Origin: Lama guanicoe
Lineage: Eukaryota
Length of the DNA stretch: 64,000 nt
Reading direction: 5' to 3'
NCBI GenBank assembly: GCA_013239625.1
Contig: MU054187.1
Location: 3,917,757-3,981,756 of the forward strand
Below are positions 50,290 to 61,595 of this stretch, piece by piece. Positions within the stretch are counted from its first letter, which is position 1, and every line of letters begins with the position of its first letter. The position numbers and the translations under genes were made by a program. Below the pieces are notes generated by a model. The model saw only the letters and a list, made by a program, of their open reading frames with translations. It did not search any database and was not told the origin of the DNA.

Positions 50290-50835
50290 AGTCTGAATTA
50301 AAGGAATATTGCGTCTATGTTGTGGGCCCTTCTTACAGAGATCAGACCGCATCTGAACACTGTGTTTAGCTCTGTGTACAGTGTTTTGAGGGGGAAGCTG
50401 ACAGCTCAAGGGATTCCCAGGTACCTCACATGGTATTGGGAGGTTCTACAGATTGTCTCATATGAAACAGAAGTGAAAGAACTGGAGATGCTCAGCCCCA
50501 AAGAAAATGGGTGCATGTCAACTGTCCTTAGATATTTAAAGTCTTGTTCTTGGTAACTTTGTGGGTGTAGTAGTGTGTGAAATCTGTTTGTGTTTAAAAG
50601 TAGTTTGGAATTAATGTGGGTAGCTCCAGAGAGCAAAATTGGTAACAAGGGGAAAGCTTTGAACTCAAGATAAAAGAAAAAGAATCACCTAAGAACTGAA
50701 ATCATGTCTCAGTGGAGATCCTTTGTGTAACAGCGAGCCCCCATCATTTCAAAGGCAATGATCATCTCTCAGAAATACTGTAGAGTTTTTTCAGTCTAAA
50801 AAGGAATTTCGGTAAAATGAATCTATGGGACCTTT
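50290..50835 (+). mobile_element. CR1/L3 LINE 3' end
   Basis: ORF 50317-50556 (IRPHLNTVFS...SYETEVKELEMLSPKE...TVLRYLKSC) parallels the CR1 ORF2 C-terminus (VRPHLEYCVQ...SYEERLKELGLFSLEK...VFKYLKGC). Confidence 0.75.
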
Positions 50836-51269
50836 AAAACCCACAGATGCCACTGAGGCCATCCCAGTGCACTTAGGATAGACTTAGTGTCTGTGGAGGA
50901 GACACTGAGAAGGACAACCTGAATATCCAAAGACAAGAATGGGCTTCTTATGAAAATACACGAAATGCACGAGGACGCTATCTGTAAAGGCGAAGATAGA
51001 ATTTAAAGTTAAAAAAATGGAATGTTTTTTAACATTAATATTAGGAGAGACTTTGTAATACAGGTTACCCCCTTAATCCGCATTTTAAAAGAATTGAGGC
51101 AACATCTGGTTTTAAAAATAAAGACAAAAAGGGAATGAAAGTCACAATGTGGTTGATGCAGCTCTGGGCTCACAGCCTAAGTGCTGCCAGCGGTCGTCCA
51201 GGTCTCCATCCTCACGAACCGTCCACACTCGGGGCGGATTCCTCTTCCTAAAACGTTCAGCTAAAGCCC

Positions 51270-51760
51270 TTCTCGTGTCAGTTTCCTATTCAGAATCTCT
51301 CCACCCTCCTTGTCTAGCAAATTCTTCCCAAGTTCAGATTTAACGTCAGCATGCTCTGACATCAGCCATCTGATCAGACCTTCCTGGCTCTTTATGCCAC
51401 GGTGGCCACCTTGTATTTCTCACATGCCACGCCTTGGCTTCTGATGTTCCCGTTTAGTGGCGCAGTTTCCCTCCCGTTCGCAGATGTCCCGCCTCTACTG
51501 CTGTGAGCCCAGCTCAAGGGCTTGCTCTCCATGCGCCTCCCCTGATCCTGTCTGTTGAAGTAGTCTCCATTCCTGAGCTCCAAAGCACTTCACATCTTTT
51601 TAATGTCGCTTTAATTCTTTACACTCAGGATGAGTAAGTGCATGTCCTCGCTCACCCATGGGAGCTCACGCCCCAAACCCCTACAAGCGAGGTCCATCTC
51701 TTACGACTCCCAGAGAACCTTGCGTACAGCAGCTGCCAAATGCCTGTTAAGTAAATGACT
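51270..51760 (+). mobile_element. L2 3' fragments
   Basis: cccagagaaccttgcgtacagcagctgccaaatgcctgttaagtaaatga terminus with pyrimidine-rich upstream sequence. Confidence 0.45.
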
Positions 51761-54194
51761 CAGTGAGTGGTTGCTTTGCCATACACAGTAATTACCCAGT
51801 AATTACTAGAAATGCCATTTGGTCCCAAGAACACTCCAGCCTGCTGCCCCGTTCACGCCAGGCCAAGCCCAGGGGTCCTAACAAGAAAGACGGCACCGGC
51901 TCTGGGGGAGGTCCAGGTGGGCTCACGCCACGCTGGCCCTGCCTTGCAGAGCGCGCTCCATCCCTTGCTTTCCTCTCACCTGTGTTTCATTTGTGTCCCA
52001 GGAAGCTGGGCATAGGCCACCCAACTTGAATATTAAATCTTCAGGCGTATTTTTCCTTCAGTTTTCTTGTTGGGTCAATGAATGCACATGCTTTTCAGTC
52101 TTCAGCACCTGCCCGCACCGCACCACCATCCTCAACAACCCTTCTTAACTGTTCATTTTCATTTTTCCCTAGTTCTGGATCCTCTCTCTTTTTTTTCCCA
52201 CCAGTTGATATACTTAAATAACATTTTCCCTAACAATTCCTTCTCAATATATTCTAATTCGGCAGCTTTTATTTTCTCCCATCTTATTAAACCTACCTCT
52301 ACTAAAAATCTGCTCTTTTAAGCAAACAGTCTTGGGTGTTCTTGATGATTTTTCACCCTGTATCTTTGTCAGTATAGACCCACCAGGCTTAAGTACATTT
52401 TATGAACCAAGAGCCACAGAGTAAATTTTCGTGATGTTACTAATGATGTTGCATTCTTATGGGGAATTCATCACATCTTTTCTCCCTTACTGTTTTTATT
52501 TTCATAGGAATGACATACGGTGTTTGTGACAAGAGATCGTGTTATGACTTTTTAACAATTTAAGGTAAACAAAAAGGTTTTTCAGATCAGTTTAGATTTC
52601 CGGCTTGAAAATCATGTTTCATATGAAAAAAATATAACACAGCTTTTGCTAAGACCTGGAGATTCCCATCCCTTTATTCACTGTTTGTTTACAAAGTCTT
52701 CCTCACAGTAGAGTGGACGTAGTTATGGCCACTACCAACCATTTCCAAGAGAGAATTGAAGACCTGAGGGCAACACTCATATAGGTGGCACTTTAATTCA
52801 AGGCCACATGGGTTTCTAGGCATGTCTGTGTGGGCTTCCCAGATGTGTATTTGCACGTGGGACCCAGGGGCATCCCAAGAGAACACTCAGAGTGAAAGAA
52901 GGAGGCAGGCTTGATGAGCCTAAGCCTGTTGAATGTTTTCAGTAACCAGAGGAGAGAGAGAAATTCTGAATTTGTATGGTGTCTGTCATCTGAATTTGTC
53001 TCCCAAACCCTAGAAGACTGGATCCTATGGAAAACAAGCAAGAGAAAAATGGAAGACACAGTTTCCATGAAATCTCCAGAAGCAGCTCCATGAAAGACCC
53101 TGCTTTGAGAGCGTTGGAGCATCTTGGCCCTGCACACGGCAACACCTGGGACTCAGCAGGACTGTGGGGTCCTAGGGAGCAGCATCAGCACCAGAGGAAG
53201 CAAACACTTGGTAAACCTATGTGCAAAACCTCTGTGAATTCCAGCTAATACCAAGGAGTCCCTATCATCGATTTGAGATCATTTTGGCAGATAGAGTAAA
53301 AATCAGTGAAACTAGACTACTGTTTTTATGGGACCACACCTGTGCCTGTTAGCCAGCGAAGGAAGGAGATATCAGACTTCCTCTCATCAACCCAACAAAA
53401 ATAACATGCCTGTAGACACACACACGCACACACACTTCCATCCGACTAGGCGGCTTCTCATCTCTAAGACTTTCCCTGATAACCATTTAATCCACTTATA
53501 TAAAAAGTCAGAGACTGGAGAAGAGTGTGGCGTCGTCCCTGAAGCCTGCACCACCTCAGACACGCATAGCTTCACCAGGGTCCTGCCGCGTGGGAAGATT
53601 AGAGGAATGACTTTCTTTTACAAGTGAAGCGGAGCATAAATAACTCAGCACGAAAGCCTAGGGTGCTGCTGAGAGTGTTTTTATTCTGTACTCGAGATCG
53701 TCACTCAATTCAGTAGCAGGTGGTGAAGTTTGTAGCCGTACTTTCTTGTAAGCACTGTCCTGGGTAAAGCCAAGGAGCCGTTGCCGGCAGTTGGATGAAA
53801 TCAATAGCCGCTGAACGGCCATCTGGGGGTGCGGAGGGCCTGCGACACAGGTGTGCCGATCAGGGCCTGGGGAGTGACGGCTCTGCTTATTGCTGTTTAT
53901 TATCACTGAGCGAGAGCCATGTTCTTCTTCTAGCTTCCAACAACGGTTCTCTCTGGGCCTCTGTACAGGGCCAGTGGGTGGGAGTAACTTAGAAGAGGTA
54001 CAAACATTTCTGAGAATCGAATTTTCTTCTGAAGTAGGTTTTGTACTTGGTGTAACAGTCAAGACCCACCATCATATCTGTCATCGATGTCTGTGACCCA
54101 GACAGGAGTGTGGCAACCAGTTACAGGTACAAGCTTACCCGGGGGAAGACAGTGGGTCAGGCATTCGTAGTGCTTGTCACTCTGTCATGTGCAC

Positions 54195-54300
54195 AGAACC
54201 CAGCTGGAGGGGTCTTGTTAAAATGCAGATTCTGACAGAGTAAGTCTGGAGCCAAGAATTTGCATTTCTAACAAGCTCCCAGTTAACGCCGATGTCTGTT
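54195..54300. mobile_element. MER5A (hAT-Charlie) fragment
   Basis: cttgttaaaatgcagattctg...agtaagtctgg...agaatttgcatttctaacaagctcccag. Confidence 0.65.
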
Positions 54301-55042
54301 CAAGACAATTGTCTAAGACAGAGTCCAGGATCCAAGATAAAGTGGTACCTTGTGTGCATACGAAGGGGCTGGGAAGTTTTCCTGTGGCAATGCAGACTAC
54401 AGAAAGTTCCACTCTGAAAACTCTCACCACCGATTTAATATTTGGAGAGGATGAAGTAAGTAAACATGAGACTGCACCGAGTGAAGCATGGCGATTGACA
54501 CGACGGAAATAAAACAATTCTAAAATATATGTTCGCTGTTCCTCAAAGAGACTGCCTGTCGCCTTGTAAGTGACGAGAGACATTGGTATCTGAATTTTAT
54601 CGTAACCCAAGTGCACCACCAATCCATGTGCTCGGATCACATCAGATAAAGTCCAAGCTCAGACTTCCTGGGCTGCGATTCTTACCTACATTCCTTCGGG
54701 ACCACATGGGTTGCCTTCCATTCTCACTATTTCCAAGGGTCTCCCATGGTTTGGTTCTGGTTTCTTCATTGATTTGAGGCTAGTGCCTCATCCTACCTGT
54801 CGCTCCTGGCGTCTGCCCTGCTTGTGGGGCTGGCTCCTGGTGGTTCCAGGGCTGCAGGGTGATGGGCGCGAAGCTTAGGTCCTGATGTTGGACCTCCCCA
54901 CTCCTGAGGTTCCCTTTCCTCCATTCATGTAGCATTACTGTCCCCTCCCCACCGCTCCCTCCATTCCAGCTCACTCCTCGATCAGCAAAGAGGTGTGGAA
55001 GGAAATAAAAAGTGTAGTCCAGCTTCTTTCTTTTCCCGTTCT

Positions 55043-55255
55043 CTAGAACATGATTCTCAAAGTGTGGGCTTTGAACCGGCACATCAGCACCACTGGGAAC
55101 TTGCTAGAAATGCAAATTTTGGGGCCCACACAGACCTGCAGAGTCAGAAGCTCAGGAGGTAGGGAGTGAGGGCCAGTGAGCTGGGACCTAGCACCCCCTC
55201 CGGGTGGGTTCTAGGGCAGCGGCTCTCAAACATTAGGATGGATCCGAATCGCCCC
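55043..55255. mobile_element. MER5A1/MER5A (hAT-Charlie) fragments
   Basis: ttctcaaagtgtgg...catcagcaccactgggaacttgctagaaatgcaaattttggggccc...agacctgcagagtcagaa; then gcagcggctctcaaac. Confidence 0.7.
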
Positions 55256-56275
55256 GCAGTTTCCGCTTCTGGAGGAAAGACTGCCTTCAGGAAATGTGAC
55301 TTCCCAGTTTTCCTCAAGGAGAGGTTCTGCTTTCCTTGGGCTTAAAATTACACAAGGGTGGTGGTTGCTTTCTCTTCCTATAGCAAAAGCAAACAGACAT
55401 GTTTATCAGAAAAACTGGATTTCAAGCCACAACAATGGAACATCCAAACGCCTACTCAGAAGAACAACAAAACACAATTTGTGAGGACAATTATGTAGCT
55501 GTTGCGGAGCGAGGTCCCTCTTTCTGACCGAGCTGTGGTTGCAGCCAGGAAGGAAAGGCTGCTTGTTTGGAAGAACAGCAAAGAACGCTGCACTTCAGGG
55601 GAAGGAATTTTTATGGATAACATTAAACTTACGTGCATGGCCTCGAAGAGACTTTGATTTCTGGGTTTGTTCTGCTTGTCAGTTTGCTATGATTATTTAT
55701 TATAGAAGAAGCTACAACCCAAACAGGATCTACAGGGGAGACGGTGAGAGAGAACTGGTAAAAACCCTCCTCTTGTGCAGCATGAGTACAGCTCAGAGAA
55801 CGTGAATTTTGGCACTTAAGGAACAAATGAAACCCCAGAAAATATTTAATTCATTTATTCATCCTTTTTTTTCATTAGACAACTTCAGAGACTCTTTTGA
55901 GCACCTACCACGTGCTAAGCTCTGAGTTTGTGAACATGATAATTTATAAGGAATTTCACATACGTGAAAGCATCTTGTCAATCATTTTATTAGCAATGAT
56001 ATGTGTGTGGGAGGGAAAAAATGCCTTCGCCAGTGCTGCGTCGTTCAGTTTACCCGAGAGCCCTGTGAGGCAGGAGTCTGTCCGCTTCTCATGGACGGAG
56101 AAACTGAAGGAGGCCTGGCCACGATGGGGGCCTTGCTCTGTCTTTGAACTCCCTTCTCCCTACCTCCCAGAATAACTTCTTCTCCCACGTAATCAACTAA
56201 TTTACCCTTACATGTAAGTTCCTTTGAGATACTACGTAATCAATGGCATTGCTCCTGGGAGGTTATTAAGGCAGC

Positions 56276-56698
56276 TGTGGTGGGTTGAATGGTGGCTCCT
56301 TCTAAAGGTATGTTCACCCAGAGCCTGTGACTGTGACCGTATCTGGGAAAAGGTGCTTTGCAGATGTAATTAAGGATTTCAGGACGAGATCATCCCGGAT
56401 TACCCCTGTGAGTCCTAAATCCAATGACAGGTGTCTTCATAAAAAGAGGCAAAGACCGAAAGAAGAGGGAAGAACCCAGACGGCGAGGCCTTTTGCCGAG
56501 GGAAACCGAGTTTGGAGTGATGTGGCCACGGCCAAGGAACACCTGAGGCCTCCAGAAGATGGAAGAGTCAGGATGGGTTCTCCCCTAGAGCGTTCAGAGG
56601 GAGCGTGGTCCTGCGAACACCTTGATTTCAGACTTTGGTTTCCAGAGTTTTGAGAAAAGAAATTTTTGTTACTGTGGCAACCCTAGGAAACTAATAAA
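56276..56698 (+). mobile_element. MaLR solo LTR, MLT1C/D-like
   Basis: tgtggtgggttgaatggtggc, ctttgcagatgtaattaagga, cctaaatccaatgacaggtgtcttcataa, accttgatttcagactt, ccctaggaaactaata. Confidence 0.9.
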
Positions 56699-57124
56699 AT
56701 AATTCATTTCTTAAATTACTTTACTCCCCTTGACAGCTCTAAGTCGTGTTCTATCATGACCAGTGTGTTTGTCATCTTTGTTTAATTCTTTTTTTTCCTC
56801 TCTTTCTTTGATTCTTAATCTCCTGATAGCAAGGACTCCTTTTTCAGCTGGAACATGTTCTGTTAAAGTCTTCGCCAGTAAAGCATCTTTGAAGAAAAGC
56901 TCGAAATACGGGAAGGAATTGGGGGATTCGTAGTGGACGTGCAATTACCCCAAAAGATGGGGGGAGAGAGAGAGAGAGAAGCTTCTTTTTAGTTATCTGA
57001 AGTTTTACATCTTTACACCTGAAAACTTTTACATCTGAAAGCTTTACATCTGTAATTGATTTCGTTCTACAATTAACTTTTAAGCTGATTATATACTTTA
57101 GTTAATCATGCTGATTTCTTACAG

Positions 57125-57330
57125 AAGGAGATGTACGAATGCTTCAAAACGAGACAAGGGCTCTAAGCAGCGGGAGTCTCTCTCCCCACTACCCCCCCCT
57201 CCGCCCCCGTGCTGCGGCCACACCTCCGGGAGGCATGGTGCTCCCCGTCGTTGCCCTGCTCCCAGCAGCGCTTCGGTTCCTGCAGCTGTAACGACTGAGC
57301 CTGGGTCTAATTTCAACGATTTTAATCATG
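57125..57330 (+). other. Candidate exon (206 nt) ending in ATG/GTGAGT; gene unidentified
   Basis: Acceptor gctgatttcttacag, consensus donor GTGAGT, local GC/CpG enrichment; the terminal ATG has A at -3 and an in-frame TAA upstream. Confidence 0.45.
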
Positions 57331-57570
57331 GTGAGTTTTCTTTTAGGCAAGGTTAGCTCTGTGCAAAGCCTCACCAGTGGATTTTCATAATTGTCTATTA
57401 TTCTCTATAAAATGAAAGAGAAGCAAAATTGAGTGATTTTTTCCCCTTAAATACCTTAAGCACAGTGTGCTACACTGTATAATTACACATTTATCATCGT
57501 AAGTGGATGCAGGTTGATATTTTAATGGCATTTTTTTTCAGCCAGCCCACTTTGGAAGGATATTTTGTTC

Positions 57571-57771
57571 TTTTATTTTTTTTTATTGAAGTACTGTCAG
57601 TTACAATGTGTCCATTTCTGGTGTACAGCACAATGTCCCAGTCACGCATATACACACTTTTATTCATTTCATATTTTTCTTCATTAAATGTTATCACAAA
57701 ATATTGAAAATGGTTCCTTGTGCTACACAGAAGAAATTTTTTTTAAATCTATTTTTATATATAGTGGTTAA
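57571..57771 (-). mobile_element. Camelid-type L1 3' end
   Basis: ttattgaagtactgtcagttacaatgtgtc...cagcacaatgtcccagtca...tgtgctacacagaagaaa...tctatttttatatatagtgg; TSD not resolved. Confidence 0.85.
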
Positions 57772-58739
57772 GTTTTAGAGACAAAACAGAAAAGCAAATT
57801 TACAACTCACCCCCGTCCTAGCCTCATGCCCTCATATATGTGCTGACTGGACTTGTGAGATCAATTTACTGGGCAGGACACGAACGGCCTCCAAGGCCAG
57901 AATGACCCTGGCTCTCAGGAACCGAGGAAAGCTGTTCAGAACAGGGTTTACTATTGTTCCATTAAAAAGTTTTAGGGAATGGAGCAAAAGGAACAAATGG
58001 CCGTAGCATCTAGATATTTCTAAATAGACTAGCACGTGGTCTAACAGTCTGAGGGTGGATTCTTGACCATTTAGGTGAAGTTTTACTTGAAATAAAATTA
58101 AAAATAGGACTCTCCGTTTAGTGTTTACAAAGGTTCCGTGTAACTGGTGGAATTTCCTCAGGACTTTAAATGAATGTTTGCTTTTGAGGTGTTTCCGACA
58201 GTAATCACACCTAATTTTTTCTTGCACTTTTACGAAATGCAGAAGTTTCTTGGGTCTAGCTAAAGAAAAAAAAAAAGAAAAAGAAATAGTCCTGCTCTTT
58301 CATCTCTGCCTGAAATGTCTTGAGCAGAGCCACTTGGCTAGCCATAAATTCTGAGTGTACTTTCTCATAAAGATGGCCAAGCTGCCTTGTTATACCCAGA
58401 TGATAGCGAATCATGCCTTCTTTCTGTCATCCAGAGTCAGCGAGAGTCTGCTCAGTCAGTTCTCCGCTGAAATGCCCTCTTATGCGCTTGTTCAGCACCA
58501 CAGACATCTCGCTGGGTGAGACAGAGCCTCTTGCCAGATGGCAAGGTGGTACTTACAAGTCAGGGGCAGAAGTCAGTTCTAGGGCCCAAGATGTGAGCTC
58601 CAAATAGAATCCCTCTTTATATTTAAATGTATTGTCACTAACACTGAAGCTATCTGTGATTCAGAAAGGCCATGGATAACAAATTCTATTTGACTTTGTA
58701 TTTGAATAAGACTGTCTGCTGAGTCCTAGTTGGAATCCA

Positions 58740-59110
58740 TTTTAATTCAGTGTAATAAGCCTTAAAAATGATTATGTTTTCAGGTGCAGTCTAGTGGGAC
58801 AGAGAGACATTTACAAAAGTAGATAGCAAGTAGAGTGTGACCAGTCCTTTCACTGGAAGGAAATTGGACTACAGAGGGCGGGGTGGTGGGCAAGATTAAT
58901 CCCAAATGGATTGCTCAAGAAAGGCTTCATGCAGGAGGTGATACTGAGTTGTAGCTCAGAGGAGTGGCCAGGGTTTCATTAGGAAAAATTGACTAAGAAA
59001 GGCATTCCACAAAACAGGCTGATAGAACACAATGAAGCCAGAGAAACAGGTAACATTTCCAGGCATGGAGAAACATTTTTATCCTTTTGTAACTCAAGGA
59101 AGCATCAAAT
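58740..59110 (-). mobile_element. L2 fragment
   Basis: gcagtctagtgggacagagagaca, aagaaaggcttcatgcaggaggtgatactgagttg. Confidence 0.5.
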
Positions 59111-59659
59111 GTATAAAGCCCAGCTCTGAGGCCCCGGGGATGTCCAAGTATTGTCTTCAAGTTCCCGAAGTCCACAGAACTGGGCATTTTTGGTAAATCT
59201 GTTTCATGAGCTGTGTCTCTGATCCAAGGATTCTGTTGGCTCTTTACCTTCAGACAATTGCAATGATAGTAACTTCTCTGCACTGATGGGTGGCTTGGTC
59301 CAGCTCTCAAATGACCTGTCATAGGTAGGAAGCTGAGTGAGTCAGAAGTGTCACAGAGTTTGGTTAAAAAAAAAAAAAAAGGACTCTTCCAAATTTAGAA
59401 CACTGTTTTTAGAGGATAGTTGGACTTGTTATTCTAAAATGTCTGCCCCCCTATTTATTGTGGTAAAGTTGAAGTCATTTTTAGATTTTTTGAAATGAGC
59501 AAATTCTTTTAAGAGGCATCTCATTTTACTTTTTTTCCTATTATCAGAATGTCATAAAGAATTTTATAATTATTTAAAATTTATCTGAAGAGGAAAATAC
59601 ATGTCTATGGAACTCTATAATGAGGTGCTTTTATTTCTCTCCTTGGATGCGTTTGTGAA

Positions 59660-59850
59660 GAGGCACTAACTTGGAGGGCAGTTTGGTCTCATGAAGGGAG
59701 CTCAGAAGAAGGAAGCCAGACGCACGGTGTTGTTCCTGCTGTTCTGTGACGTTGGGCGAGGAACAGCACCTTCTTGTGCCTCAGTTTCTTACCATTCTTC
59801 TTATTAAAGGATGGATATTAATTAACATGTATCCCTAGCTATCTCACGTG
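59660..59850 (+). mobile_element. MIR SINE
   Basis: ctgtgacgttgggcgag...accttcttgtgcctcagtttctt. Confidence 0.5.
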
Positions 59851-60474
59851 GGGGAAATGGGACTAAAAGGAGTTAGGTAGGTTAGAAAAGTTTGGATAAA
59901 AATATTTTGCTCATTGCACCAATTCTTCGGTAATTCTTGTGGATCCTGCGAAGGTTTAGAGAGACGTCTACTGCGCGTGGGGATATCCTGAGCTTTAGCC
60001 TTTGTGTCTGATGTGATGCAGACCTTTGATGAGTCAAAGGATGAGAAATTTGAGCAAGACCCCTTATACTTGGCTAGAAATCAGGTTGCCTACAAATTTT
60101 AATGGGAAAAATTTGCTCAAGGCATTAAGTGAAGATCAGAAATCAAATATAATACTCCAAATTGAAAAAAAAAGATCGTGATTTAACCAATGATTATAGA
60201 TTCTCTTGCAGATTTATTTATGCTTTTGGTGTCTGAGTTTTTGGGCCATAATCCCTTCCACAGGCCACGTGTCTTTGGCACATCGGATACATTCTCTTGT
60301 GCTATTATTCTGACATATGATTATTTCTTTATTCCTTTCTCTCTCTCTCTCTTTTTTTCCCACTTCTTCTGGATTCTTATATCTGAGCTATCTGTACTCT
60401 TCAAAACTGCTCTTAGTACTTTATAACTCCCTTCTTCTGAGTCATCCAAGTGCATGCGTGTGGCATTTGGAGAG

Positions 60475-60648
60475 TGTCCTCTTCTCATAAGGACACCAGT
60501 CACATTGGATTAGGGCCCACTCTAATGAACTCGTTTTAATTCAGTTACCTCTGTAAAGACCTATTTACACTTTTGATTACATTCTAGGGTTCTGGGGGTT
60601 AGGATTTCAACACTGGAATTTTCAGCAGGGACACAGTTCAGCCTGTAA
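60475..60648 (-). mobile_element. MLT1B/C LTR fragment
   Basis: ataaggacaccagtcacattggattagggcccactctaatga...ctgtaaagacctattt...gggggttaggatttcaaca. Confidence 0.7.
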
Positions 60649-61004
60649 TTGGCACTGAAGGCCAGAGAGATCTAACAACCTCCCTAAAGTTGCGCAGCTC
60701 CAAGAAGCCCAAAAGTTATATTCGCCACCGTGACCGTGCGTGGTCCTATTTCTTCTGTCCTGTGGGCTTGTTTAATTGGTGGAAGCTCCACAGGGAGAAG
60801 CACAAGAGAAATGGAGTGTAAGTGTTCATGGAGTTTAGTAGCCATGGAGTGTCACTAGGAGGGTGGTCTGAATTGGTGCAAAGTGACCAATTTTGGAGCC
60901 GGCACATGCTCAGCAAATGCTGGTCAGACTGGTAAGGTCTCAGTCCATCAAGGACCACCTGGTACCCAGGCAGCGTGTGACACCTTATCTAAGCTTAAAT
61001 AAGC

Positions 61005-61595
61005 TTTCTCATTTGCTTATTTCTCAAACATTTATTGTGCACCTACTCTGCTGTGTCGGGTGGCGGGGCACAAGTCCGTACAAGATGGTGCCCCTTGCAT
61101 TCGTTCCAGTGGGGCAGACGGACAGGGCACACATCGCACGTTAACACTGAATTAGCTGGGTGGAGTGTGCTAAAGAGAAGGGAAGGCAGGATAAGGGGAT
61201 AGAAAGGGATGAGAGATGTGGAGATCTGGGGACACGATCTAGGCACAAAAGAGAGAGTGAAAAGGTCCTCAGGTAGGATTGAGTTCGCCTACTCAGGGGA
61301 CGGCAGGGACCAGCGGGTGACTGGAGCACAGGCAGTAAGGGAAGATGGCGCCCGAGAGAAGGCTGGCAGCCGGGATCGCAGGACTGATAAGCCGTGGCCA
61401 GGCAGTGAGGTTTTATTCTAAATATAATGTGAATCCTTTGGGGCGTTGTGTGTGTGTGCGTCAGTGTGTATGAAGCGGGAGGTGTATACTCTGATCCACG
61501 TTTGGAAAGGATTACCCTGGGGGTTCCGCGGAGAAGGGACTGTGTTGGGATTGGGTTGGGGACTGTGGAAGCAGGGAGTCCAGTTAGCATCACTC
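61005..61595 (-). mobile_element. L2 fragment
   Basis: caaacatttattgtgcacctactctg, ttttattctaaatataatg, tttggaaaggattaccctgg, tggaagcagggagtccagttag. Confidence 0.65.
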
